This document shows, one piece after another, positions 27,306-39,810 of a stretch of DNA of 64,000 bases (the first letter of the stretch is position 1; each line of letters begins with the position of its first letter). The position numbers were made by a program, and so were the translations under genes. The stretch covers positions 62,001 through 126,000 of the forward strand of contig NW_026941099.1 of NCBI RefSeq assembly GCF_032062105.1, given 5' to 3'. The stretch is from Saccostrea cucullata. Lineage: Eukaryota. The notes under the pieces are model-generated. The model was given only the letters and a program-made list of their open reading frames with translations, ran no database searches and was not told the DNA's origin.

Positions 27306-29260
27306 ATGACAAGATCTTTTGCATTTATTTGTTTAATGGTCTCCATCTACAGTCAAAGAAATGGAGTAAATAGTTGTCAAACTGGGTAAGATAATTATTT
27401 TATTTGTTCAATTTTATTTTATTTATTTTTTTTTTTATAAATGTTTCTTAAAAGAAATGTTTAAACTTTTGATTTTTAGGCTCACACAGGATGGATTAGT
27501 TTTATGCTGTCTTAACTATATCAGGGAGGGGATTGACTGTAAAGGTTGTTTTATTGAATCAAATTAATCTAAATTATTCTTTGTAAGAATTGAGAATTAT
27601 ATACAGTGTATGTTGCGCATTTATAGTAAAAATGACTCACTGTCCTCATACATGTATGAGATTTAAAAAGGTTCTAAACGACGTTGGGTCCTGATATTTA
27701 AATCTTCAAAAAAATTTTTCTAAGAATAATTTTACATTCTACATATAAAGCTTAAATATAATTTAAATAAAAATAGGGGTCAGTATGCTTCTTTTGGCGC
27801 TACAGTACATTTAAAATGACCATTTTTGCACTGAATTTTGTGTCTTAATTAAAAAGTACATCTTCAACGTTTTCCCTCCAATATTTTTATCCAAAAAGGC
27901 ATGAAACAAAATGAACTCCAATTTAATTTTTAAAATGGACACTTTAAAATTTTGGCTAAGAAAAAGTTTCAAATTGCTTCGCATAATCAATTACTAGTAT
28001 TTGACCTTTCTGCAATAATAAAATGTTACTTTTCTTTCATTGAAAATTTAATTAGAAAAAAAAAATATTTTATAGTCTTAAACTTTTCTGATTTTAAGCA
28101 CATGGGTCAGAATTGTCTTAAATATTTAGAAAAGAACATTGAAATTCAGAGTATATATGATGTAAATTATCAGATATTACTAAAACAGTGTCAATTGACT
28201 CAATTTACCCCTGATTTTCAGATTTTCAGAATATATTTACATGTACTATCTTTGTCAGAGTTTCAAGAAGAATTCAAAAGAAAAAATTTAATAGACATTT
28301 CAGAACCAGCATAATTCATTTCACTGTAAAAAAAACCCAGCTTTTTTGTGGAACCAGCAAAGAAAAAAATAGAAATCTAAAATACAAAGTACTGTTATAG
28401 TTTAAAGGGGAAAATAATGATCCTAGCTTAAATTCTACTTGAATAGAATTTAATGGCGGTTTTTTTTTCAATTGAATATAGTTCAATTTACATTGTTGAA
28501 TTCAGACTTAATATTAGAACTTAAAAATGATACAGAATCTTATGAATAAAGGACAAGACCAAAATCCCCTCAAAAGCTTGGGATCGAACGTCCTTAAATA
28601 AAGAGGCAGTATATTTTTCAGAATGTCCACACGGATATTTCGGATTTAATTGTTCTTCCACCTGTCGTGAACAAACTTATGGACCGTTATGCAGTCTGAA
28701 ATGCAGTGACTGTACATACTGTCATCATGTATATGGTTGTACATTATCAACAGGTAATTCTATCAATTATTTGACATTTTGCATAAAAATACAGTTACAA
28801 TAATTCCATTTGGTGAAAGATAAACAGAATCATTTAGTAATGGTTTAGTCCTTTTGCTGACATTATTACTAAAATATGTTTCACATTATTAGAGTATTTA
28901 AAACCAGATGTCTCTAAACAAGGGGCGTTTAGTACTAGACATGTACCTGCTTTCACGACGTCGCTGACATCAAACAACACATCAAATGTGCCTGAAAATG
29001 AAAGTTCCAGTGTAGTGTCTTTAAATGTTAACAGGACTCCTCCGATCTTTAAACTTTCAATAATTATCTATATGACCGGATCAGTAATATCGTTTGTAAT
29101 TCTACTGATAATTGTAAGAGAAATACGTAACTTCTGCAAAATTTCGTTTCCTCTCACAAATAGAAACAAGCCACACAACACTGTTGACGTAGAAAACATA
29201 TACTGTAGAAGCACAAATTTTCGTGGGCATAAAATTTCGTTGTTTTCTCATCAAAAATAG
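27306..29260 (+). CDS. EGF-TM receptor copy A5, about 214 aa, tail truncated by a MITE; exons 27306-27385, 27480-27544, 28622-28753, 28893-29260
   Basis: Signal peptide, CCLNYIREGIDCK, 8-Cys EGF and TM are intact. The frame reads into the MITE after ENIY and stops at 29260. A decayed tail relic runs to about 29880. Confidence 0.75.
27679..28593. mobile_element. TTAA-type (Kolobok-like) non-autonomous insertion in A5 intron 2
   Basis: Imperfect TIRs gacgttgggtcc / ggatcgaacgtcc|ttaa. The intron is about 900 bp longer than in paralogs. Confidence 0.55.
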
Positions 29261-29409
29261 TTTCGTGGGCATTTAGTTTCGTTGTTTTGAAAGTAACCCT
29301 AGTTAATATATAGTCATATAAAATTTCGTGTGGGATTTAATTTCGTTGAATATTGCTAACAACGAAATAAACGAAATTTAATCCCCCACGAATATTTGTG
29401 CTCTTACAG
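29203..29409. mobile_element. MITE with TA TSD inserted in the Tyr codon of NIYSEV in A5
   Basis: aacata TA|ctgtagaagcacaaattttcgtggg...cccacgaatatttgtgctcttacag|TA ttcagag. Confidence 0.9.
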
Positions 29410-30634
29410 TATTCAGAGGTTTCTAACGTCATTGATGGCGTCATTTAACGTGAAGAGATTGTCTCATCTATGTCAAAAGTAAATAGTAATGACCATGAGG
29501 GATCTTTTGAAAACTCAGAGAGTGACTGAACACAATGTATTAATAGCACTGTGTTTAAAGAGACGAAAGAGACTGGCGAACTAATATTAACTTCAGAAAT
29601 ATTTAGGTTTGAGGCAAACAATACATTAGGCCTATGTGCTAATAAGGGATATATTATAACGTTATAAATGACTGCCCTGACCAAACAAATGAAATTACTT
29701 TTCACCAAACCATCGCAAAGGAAAACAACAAAGAAATCTTATCTCCAGAGACTTTGCAGAGCCCTACAGAATTTAACGGAAGAGAATAAAGATAGCTATG
29801 AGCGACACCAGTCAGGATGATAATCCATTTGTCCAATTTGTATTTTTAAATGAAACAACATCGACAAAACCCCTTCAATATTATGTCCTCGCCTACTTGC
29901 ATTTTTACTGAATTTCTTTTTCTTTGGTGAAAAATATTATGTTGATAGATTTTTTTATGTTAAATTGTTTGAATGTGATGGGATGAAAATTTCTCTTTCA
30001 CTTAAAAATAGACCCCTGCAAAAATTTTAAACCAAACAGTTAAAAGTCAATGACAATTTAAGCTCTTTTTTTCCCAAAACGTTTATGAAACATCATTAAA
30101 ATCACCTAAATTTAAAAAAATTCCACCGAAAGGCCAACTGCCGTCGACATCCTTTCTCTTTTATCCTATTTGCAATAACCTGAGCACACGGCTTCTTGGG
30201 TCGAAAGCGATAAAAAAAAAGAAAAGATTATAATTATGATTAATTTTGCAAACAAACAAGTTTTAACATGGAATTTGTGTTCATTTTTTTGTAAATAACA
30301 ATTTTTATCTGTGTTTATTTTGGATAAAGATACGTAATAAATGATAAATAGAAACATATATAGTGTATGTAAGTTCGTAGTAAAACTGCATATGTTCTCT
30401 GCGGCTTGATATAAAACTTAGCATATGAAAGATTACGGGATACATGTGAGTATTCCCCAAGATATTCAATATCAAAAAAATATCATAAGTAATGATACCG
30501 AGAATTTTATATTTTTTATTGAAAATTCATTTACAACAACTGTACAACGTAAATTATTAATACATTTATTGAGAAACTTTTAAGTACAGTACCCATGACG
30601 TACATTTTTGATACATACTGTTTCGTATTATTAG

Positions 30635-32447
30635 AGCCTATTAAATCAGATGTCTCCAGAAAAGGAAGTTTTAGCATAAGACCTGCAACTGCTATCATGT
30701 CGACCATGACAGCAGTCCATACAACAGATGTACCTGAAAATCAAAGTTCCATCATAGTATCGATAGAAGGTAAAAAGAATGAAAATGAAAGATCTAGCCT
30801 AGTATTTATAAATAGTAATAAGACTCTTCCCAAATTTAATCTTGCAATTATTATCTATACAAGCGGATCACTTATATCTTTTGTAATTCTACTGATCATT
30901 GTAAGAGAAATAAGTAACTTTTGCAAGATATCGTCTCCTCCCACAATTAAAAACAAGCCACACAACAGTGGATTCGTAGACAACATATATTCAGAGGTTT
31001 CTGACGTCATCGATTGCGTCATTTCACGTGAAGATAGTGCCACATCTATGTTACACGTGAAAAGTAATGGTAACGGCAGGGTTTCCGAAATCTTAGATTG
31101 TGACAGTAAAGACTGTATTTATAGCACTATATTTGCATATCCACTGCTCTCTCCCACTATGAACATGTAGACATCAACTGCGTTCATAGCACTATAGACG
31201 CAACTGCTTCTGCTATGAGTGCAGTTGCTCTATCACACACGTGCAGAACAAGCTCTACTACACTTATACACCGTGGTGAGAAGTATATATATGAAATGTT
31301 TCAAAAGAGGAATAAAAATAAGTTTGTAATAATATTCGTTGGAAAAAAAAGAAATTCAGAATATTTAAAATTGCTGATTTATATCCTTAAAAATTCAATT
31401 TTGGTCAATGTATTTAATTGTATAATAAAACTTTTAAAAAATTGTAAAAAACTGCATATTTTTATTTTTTCGTTTCATGCGTATTTGTACAAAGAACGAT
31501 AACTCTTCACACTTGGGTACTAACATTCAGAAAGAAAAAAATTACTAACTATAAATTATCTATTTCAGCTATTAAAAATAAATAGAAAAACTAAAAAAAA
31601 AATCATAGAAAAGCATTCTGGAGTAATAATCATTATAAAAGCATTCTCATTTTTCATCATAGTGTTAAATTATTGATTTTTGTCAGAGGGTTTCAATAAC
31701 GTTGATCGATGACGTCACAGCTGCATCAAAACAAGAGAATGTGATGACGGCGCTGCTTGTATCCAGATAACTGTGTTTGAGAGGGAAATACTTTATAAAT
31801 TATTTGTGATTTATTAGATAAAAGGAGCATTGATCAGGTGTACTGAAGTTAAAGCCGTATGTTTTTCTTTACCGAAGACAAGAAGCCGCGTCCTTATGTA
31901 AGTCAGGATTTCCTCTGATATTCTTGAAAAAAAAAATCAAAGAATGCAAATATAAGTAATAAACAACGATTATTCAGTGAACATGGCATTATGAATAGCA
32001 ATAGCTCTGCTGGCATATTTTCCATGATGCGCTAGCGCGCATCATGGAATATGCCAGCAGAGCAATTGCTATTCATAACGCCATGTTCACTGAATAACGT
32101 TGTTTATTTCTTAAATATTTAGAGAGAAGGAAGAGAGTGGCGAACGAACATCAACTTTAAAAACATCTAGGTTTTAGGCCGACGATACTTTAAACCTTTG
32201 TACTAATAAAGAGACACTGATTTTTTATGATTGCCCTGATCAACAAAATGAAATTACTTTTCATCAAATCTCCACAAAGGAAACCAACAAAGAAACCTTT
32301 TCTCCTGAGTCTGTGCAGAGCTCCACTGAGTTTAACAAAAGGGAACTAGAGATACGTGTATCTGTGAGCGACTCCAGCCATGATACTAGTCCAGCCTTAA
32401 CCCAATTTGTATTGGTAAATGAAACAACAGAGACAACATCTCTTTGA
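30635..32447 (+). pseudogene. Copy A6: orphan terminal exon (stalk-TM-tail) with intact acceptor; exons 1-3 absent; interrupted at about 31135-32115
   Basis: ttattag|agcctattaaatca; the frame is open to 31170 with the TM, NIYSEV and CIYSTI. Homology resumes at tatttagagagaagg (about 32116). Confidence 0.8.
31135..32115. mobile_element. About 1-kb insertion ending in a 160-bp palindrome (possibly Crypton-like non-autonomous element)
   Basis: Interrupts A6 between two tattt copies; hairpin at 31953-32113. The family assignment is tentative. Confidence 0.6.
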
Positions 32448-32984
32448 TGACATGTTTCCTTACCTATTGAACTTTCATTTAATTTCTTTCTTTTTTTGTG
32501 AAATCTATATGTTGTAATTTTTACCTTTTTTATCATTTGAGTGTGGTGGAATGAAAATTTTTCTATAAACTGAAACCAGACACATTCAAAAATTCAAACA
32601 AACAGCCAAAATTATTTCATTAAAAGCTCTTTTCTCAATACAATTATTGAACATCATTAATATCCCTGAAAGTAAAACGAAAAATTCTCCGAGAGATCAA
32701 TAGTCCCTATTTTGTTATACGACTGAAACGCGAGATGTAAAAGGCAGTCTATACCCTAATTTTTGCTTAAAGAATCAACATGTTAAAAATGATCAATGAA
32801 CACACAATAAAATATAACATGTAATTTGAAAAGGAAAAGTTAAGTTACTTTTAGTGATATACATTTACATTTATCCTATTCACGATACGCGGTGGAGGGA
32901 AATTTTTCAGTTCATTTTTTAAAAAGAAAACGACATTAAAAGCAAAGGTTATAATTATTTTTTTTTTTCTCAAACCATGAGGTT

Positions 32985-33115
32985 NNNNNNNNNNNNNNNN
33001 NNNNNNNNNNNNNNNNNNNNNNNNNNNNNNNNNNNNNNNNNNNNNNNNNNNNNNNNNNNNNNNNNNNNNNNNNNNNNNNNNNNNNNNNNNNNNNNNNNNN
33101 NNNNNNNNNNNNNNN
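32985..33115. other. Assembly gap (131 N)
   Basis: N run. Confidence 1.
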
Positions 33116-34058
33116 AAAGATAATGATTATATCTGTGTTTTTTAACTTTATATGCTTTTTTGTTCTGAATTTTGGAAATAAACAGAGCTGATATATCTTG
33201 CCTTGATTGCGTGTAAGGTTTTTAAAAAAAGGAACTTAACAAATACGAGACACATGTATATGAGTTGCGTCAAGCGAAAAGGGACCTTCGTGACAAAATT
33301 TTCGAAAATCGTTTTTTCACCGATTCTGAAAGAGCTAGTTTTTCTGAATATTTTGATACGAAATTTTAAATTGTAAATTGTATACCTTCTTAATTCTAAT
33401 TAAAACTCAAAATGAAAGCAAAGCAATTTTAAAAAGATAACGCTATAAAACGTTGAATAACGTCACATAACATTACTGATATTTGGAACGTTATTGTTTC
33501 TAAATAACACTTTTGTATTAGTTATAAATTATTTTTTCTATATGTATTTCAGTTTTTCAATGTCTCCCCCCCCCCAATAAAAAAAATAGCATGTACATGT
33601 ATTTTTTTGGAAATGACATAGTTGTACTTCCCGGAACAATTGTTTTTTAGTGGAGGGGGGAGGGATGCAGCTTTCAGACATTGTTATTTTTTTTTCACTT
33701 ATCAATTATATATCACACTTCTTTCAAAATCGATGTCCTTTTATTTCATTTCAATTCAAAATTATATTAAAATGTGGAAAATTCCCCAATTCAAATTAGA
33801 TTAAACGTTTTTGTTAACCCCCCCCCCTTCCTCTAACGATGTTACTTGCCTATATGACAGTGATGGCACGTTGTACTTGCCATGGAACAAAGACACGTTA
33901 CTTCGCTTGCAATTATTTAAATTTTGTTAAAGATAAATATCGTATGTTGTACAATTTTGTAAAGAGAAAATCTTGTATTTTATTCTTATATTAAAAATAT
34001 TAAGGAATTGAATTTGTTCGGCACAAAAATATACCGATAAAAATATCTAAGTTATGTA

Positions 34059-34060
<2 letters not shown>

Positions 34061-34120
<60 letters not shown>
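34061..34120. repeat. (TA)n microsatellite
   Basis: About 30 TA units. Confidence 0.95.
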
Positions 34121-34129
<9 letters not shown>

Positions 34130-35424
34130 TTTTCTTCAATTATGTATAAGAGAAAGTTTGATCATGTTACAACTTGACTATAAGAATATAATTATAATAT
34201 TGACCAAATTTAAAACTACGAGTTGTAGGGATTCTTTTCTGTTAAAAACCCTCTCTACACTGCACACTAAAGAGTTCTGATTCTCTGGTATTTTTTGCAG
34301 TAAGAGTAAGCCCTCAGATCTAAATTCTTAAAATAAGAAATCCACAGTTTATTACACAATTTGTAATCAATTCAGGTATTCTTAACATTTTAAAAGGCCA
34401 AGATGAATTAATTGAACATGTTATTTACATGTATTTTCTCTATGGAAGTAAACAACAGTGATTTCTATTCACTGATACTGTGTTGTGTTTGATTATTTTT
34501 CCTGGGGGTAAATGCCACGCACCATATGTTGAAAATCATATAAATAAGCTCAATACTAACACCTTTATAGAATATAGTTTTCTCAATATCCAAAAAACTT
34601 TTGTACTGGTGTAGAGAGGGTCCTTAACAACAACAAACTAATCCCACATGACATTTTTCTCATACATGTAAATACATTATATACTCTCAATAATTAACCC
34701 AAATTTTACGTATTTCATGGAGCTTATTAGTCATGTTAGTATATTTCTATAGCAAAATGTATAGTATGTGTTTTGTTTGCTTACTGTTGTAATGTTTTCT
34801 TATTATTTATTGATGTTCAAAGTGGATAAATTAATAAATAAAATGATACATGTAACAAGATCTTCAGAAACATCTCATGGTTTCCTTTAAAACATTTTTG
34901 TCTTGATAAATTCTAACAAGACGTTTATTTGTTGTTAAAAGTCCCTCTCGAGATTTCCACTCATGATATAGAGATGCAATTTTATTTAAATAATGAGGCC
35001 AAAATCATTTTCTTTGTCTGATATGGGAAAAACTCCGATATTCATGACCGGATTTCTTAATTTTTCATTTGAAATGAATGTTTAAAATATGATTTTTCAT
35101 CTTGTTTACCTACACGTACAAATGATGCCCCGAAGCACCTTATTTGACCAAACTAAAGTTAGGAAATTATTTCTTAATAAATTTGATAAATTTTTAAGCA
35201 CCTTTCATTAAATAGATCTTGACCAAAATTCGACAATCGTCTTATTTTTGATAAATACAAAACTCTCATTTAACATGTTTAAGGTCTACTCAAAGTGTAT
35301 GCGAAATGATGTTAAGCAAGTTAAATGCTAGATTGTTCTATGCTGAAAAAGTACAATTTATAAACACAGTGAGCATCTATGACCCACGTTAAACGATTCA
35401 CCAATTTCATTTCCTCTATCTTCA

Positions 35425-35750
35425 GCGGTCACGGTAGCCGGGTGGTAGATCGTTCGCTTTGTGATCGGACGGGAGGCCCTAGTTCAATTCTCGTTTGCGG
35501 CACCGCGTCATACCTAAGACTTAATTAAAAGAAATGTCTGTTTCTTTGTGGAGCGCTCGGCACTAGAAGTGCAAGTCATAGGTCTTTTGGATATGACATT
35601 AAAACATAGGTCCCGCGTCACAGGAGACGATAAAGAACCCTCATTGCTCAATGGGCCTGAGTGCCGTGTAAAGGCATACATTTGAAGCCCTTCATTCTTT
35701 ATGAGTGATAAATTGTCGAATGGGACGTTAAACAATATACAATCAATCAA
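35425..35750 (+). mobile_element. tRNA-derived SINE
   Basis: Degenerate A box (tagccgggtgg) and B box (agttcaattc), a conserved core, and a (caat)n tail. Confidence 0.65.
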
Positions 35751-38700
35751 TTCTCTATCTTCCCTTAAATGTTTTCTGGACAACAGAACGAAATCTACTG
35801 ACTGCGTTCATATCTATTTAACATATGTAGCAACAAATGTAACAGTAGCACAACGAAAAATAATCAATTCCATAAAGCATAACAGTTAGTCTTTCAGCGC
35901 ATTTCCCGGAAGAAATGTTAATGGATTGTTATATGGAGAAAACTTACAGTATTCAAGATCAAAAGCCGATCCAACTATAAAAATTAAAAGCAAACCATAT
36001 ATGGACCTTTAAAACAATAGAGTCAGGATGAGGTACCGTGGAGGAGTGAGCACCCCTACCGGTCACACCGCACCGTGTGTTTCTTGTCACGAACGGGAAA
36101 AACAAAAAAAGAATCGTTGTGTATCCAATGGTGATGAAAGCCTAACATCTAAAATAAAATAAAGTATCTGTATTTAAAGAAAATATTGAATCAAACAAAT
36201 AAATCTTATTCACAACGTTAAAAGGATCGGACACACGTTCAGAAACTTAGATAGTCTTCTCGTAATACAACATTTTGTAAAATTGCCAAAAAAAACATAT
36301 ATACACAAAAAAAACATGTATATGAATCATCATTGTTCCGACCATAGAACTTGCGATGTTGTGACTTTAAACGAAACCCTTAAAGCTTGATAATTTTGAT
36401 TTATTTATATATAAACTATGTATGCAAACATAAGCCGATTTAGTTATACATACATGTAAATAGGGAAGTTGATTGTAAATTTTATGTCATAACATTTAAT
36501 TTAATATCATTTAGCTTCGTTGTAAGGTTGCCATCAACGTCTTTTGTAGTAAAATATCAGAAATTAAACTATCCATTATATGCGTGACAACGTTTTAAAT
36601 ATTTTTAAAATGTTTTAAAATATTATAAGTTTGTGATATTTTTGTTAAGTCATAAAAGGAAGTTTATCATTGATTTAAGTGAATATTAGCTCTATTACAC
36701 ATGTATTCAGACAATTTAACAATAAAATGTTATATGTTACTGACTTGCTTAACTTTATACATAGACTGTAACATCTGTTGATGCATTATGTGAATTCTAA
36801 AAGGATTTTAATATGAACGTTTTTATTATGATCCTCCTCAAACATTACAAAAGGTATAGGATATTTTGCGTCTGTGTGTTGTTTTGACTTAAAAATGGCG
36901 CAGAAAGTTGCCAAAATTATTAAGATATTTTTGTGAACTCTTTTCCTCTGAATGATTTTTTTTATTTTCAGTCTTTTAAACGCAAACATACATTAAAATA
37001 GAAAATTGTATGTTTGTTTTTTTTTTTAGCAAAATGACGATCAACTTTTCATATACGCAACATATCTATAATATTGAAAAATAATAACAAAACATATGCT
37101 TATTACTAATGTGTCCCTGAAAATCAAAGCTGAGGAATTTTCTTCCGCATGAAGATGTAGCTTGTTAAGAAGGGTTGGATGGGTTTTTCATTTCTTTTTG
37201 TTGTGCCACAACCTTGCTTGCTGTTGTAGGAAAGGCTTCCGCCACCGTCTCTTTCAGCATCGCCTTGACCTTCTCCTTGAAAATGTCCGTTACCCGTCTC
37301 CTTTTTCTAGGCTGTGGCACCGTAGACTACAAATGATGAAATGACTTCCAAATGCACTTTCCATGTCCTATTTAAAGATCAGACAGTGTTTTGCAATATT
37401 AATTAGAATACACTGTTTTGATTAATGCTGCCACCTTGCGATGAAGTTAGCAATAAATATTTGCTACCAGCAAGTGGTGTTAAATGGGCAATAACAATCA
37501 AGATTGTCAAAAATGCATTTATTTTCACAAATGAAAATGGATTGTTTCTAAAAGAACCCAACAATGGCAACATCATTGAACAGAGCATCAATATGTTTTA
37601 TACAGGCATGGCCAACGATGTTATTTTTTTTATATTTCCCATTTGCATTGAATGAAATAGTGTGTGTATTCTATAATTATCAACTTTCTATTTGTATTCC
37701 ATTTTCTGTATTGTACAAATATTTCCTTTATATTGTTTCATTTTAACTTATTCCATCGCATAATTTTTTTCCTAAAAAATTCATTTGTATTTCTTAACTT
37801 TGAAATGCTTTTTTAAATCATATGGTACAAGAAACAACCTTTAAAGAGATTTTAATATTTAGAAAATTCCCCTAAAAATATTTTCAATGTATTTTGATAA
37901 GTCGAAAAAGGAAGTAAATATATTTTTAATAATACGTGTCATTTACAGGAAGGATTAAACTAAAAATATTATTTGATATGCAGATTTACTACATTGGAAG
38001 TACTATACATATAAGTGTTGTTCATACATTTTAACATGTTCAATAGAGAGCGGAGTTAAAGATTGTATTGTTTTCTTGTTCCTAGCATCAAAGATGACAT
38101 TTAGATTTTTAGCACTTATTTGTCATATGATCTATTTTCATGAAGGAAACGACATGGAAATTTGCCGAAATCCGTACGATATTTTTTTTTCAATTTATTT
38201 AAAAATTGAAATGTGTTTCATGACAGGAAATTATAAACTAGTACTATTTTAGGCTCAAAGTAAGTGGATCAGGAGAATGCTGTTATAATTCTTACAGGGA
38301 TGGGAGTAAATGTAAAGGTTGTATGCAATACTTGATTTAGCTAAACAAAAAGAATCAAATCTTGATTATTTTGTGTACGAAGTAAATATAAAATAAGCAA
38401 CGTATATAACCATTTATAGTAAAAATGACAGACTGTTCTCATACACTAGAAAAGTTACAAGTTCCTGAAGTAATGTATTAACACACTTTTCAGAATGTCC
38501 ACCAGGATACTTCGGATTCAATTGTTCTAAAATTTGTCCTGAACAAGCTTATGGACCATCATGTATTCTAAATTGCGGTAACTGTACAAACTGTAATCAT
38601 GTATATGGTTGTACATCACCAACAGGTAATCTTATCAAATTTTGAAATTTTTCAATGCCAATACATTTACAGGAACTAAATAAAGTGAAATATCAAGATA

Positions 38701-39810
38701 TTTATTTAGAAATGTTTAAGTACTTGTGTCGTACATTTTTAATAAATATTGTTTCTTTTTATTAGAGCACATTAAATCAGGTGTCTCTAAAAAGGAAGTT
38801 CTAGCACCAGACCTGCAACTGCGATCATGGCGTCCATGTCATCGAAAAATTCATCAGATATGTTTGAAATTGAAAGCTCCGGTTTGATATATTTAAACGC
38901 TAACAAGACTCTTACTAAGTCTAACCTTGCAATAATTATCTATACAACCGGATCGTTTATATCTTTTATAATTCTACTGATAATTGTAAGAGAATTTCGC
39001 AACTTTTGCAAGATACTATTTCCTCCAGCAAATAAAAACGTGATACAAAATATTGATGTCGTAGACAACATATATTCAGAAGTTTCTGACGTCATTGATT
39101 GTGTCGTTTCACGTAAAGGTATTGCCTCATCTATGGTAAACGTAAATAGTAATGATCAGGATGAAGTTTCCGGAATCTTCGAGGGGAACTGTACAGACTG
39201 TATTGATAGCACTGTGTGTAGAAAGATGGAAGAGACTGGCGAATCAAAATTATCTTTACAAACATCAAGGTATGAGGTCAGCAATACCTTAGTCCGTTGT
39301 ACTATTAAGGATAAGATAACATTAATAAATAATTGCCCTGATCAAGAGAATGGAAATGTTCACCAAATCTCCACAAAGGAAAACACAGAAGAAATCTTTT
39401 CTCCAGAGACCTTGCAGAGCTCCACAGAATTTCACGGAAGAGAGACAGTTGTTGAAGACATGAGCGACACCAGTCATGGTACTGATGTTGCTTTTGCCCA
39501 ATTTGCCCAGTTTGCCTTGGTAAATGAAACAACAGAAACAACATCCTTTTAATGTTAAATTTTCCCAATCTGTTGACATTTCATTAAATCTCTAGCTGAA
39601 ATGGATTTATTATGTCATTTTAACCTCTTGTATTAATCTCTGAAAGTAGGGGGGGTGGGTGAAATTTTATGTCTAACTTGAGATCGCTAAATTTAACGAC
39701 TCTATTTCAATTTCAATATTTATGGTAATGATATTTTCCAAAATATAACTTTGATATAAAAAAAAGTGAAAATTGTAAACATGCTGAAATGGAATTTTAG
39801 TTCTTATCAA
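35580..39810 (+). repeat. Segmental duplication of about 4870-7600 plus 9933-11930 (A2 block)
   Basis: Collinear high similarity including introns and flanks. The 7600-9930 segment is absent at the junction at about 37814. Confidence 0.85.
38094..39552 (+). CDS. EGF-TM receptor copy A7; exons 38094-38173, 38253-38317, 38494-38625, 38766-39552; 1-nt deletion in an A-run at about 38790 (354 aa if corrected, 132 aa as assembled)
   Basis: All Cys are intact and the full tail ends LVNETTETTSF. tctaaaaaggaagt versus tctaaaaaaggaagt in A1 shifts the frame to TGA at 38885-38887. Confidence 0.75.

Noticed and set aside
2957-39579. Recurrent minus-strand ORFs (2957, 3218, 10765, 11071, 30855, 39305 and others)
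   Set aside because: Antisense shadows of the duplicated receptor terminal exons; they recur only because the sense exon is duplicated.
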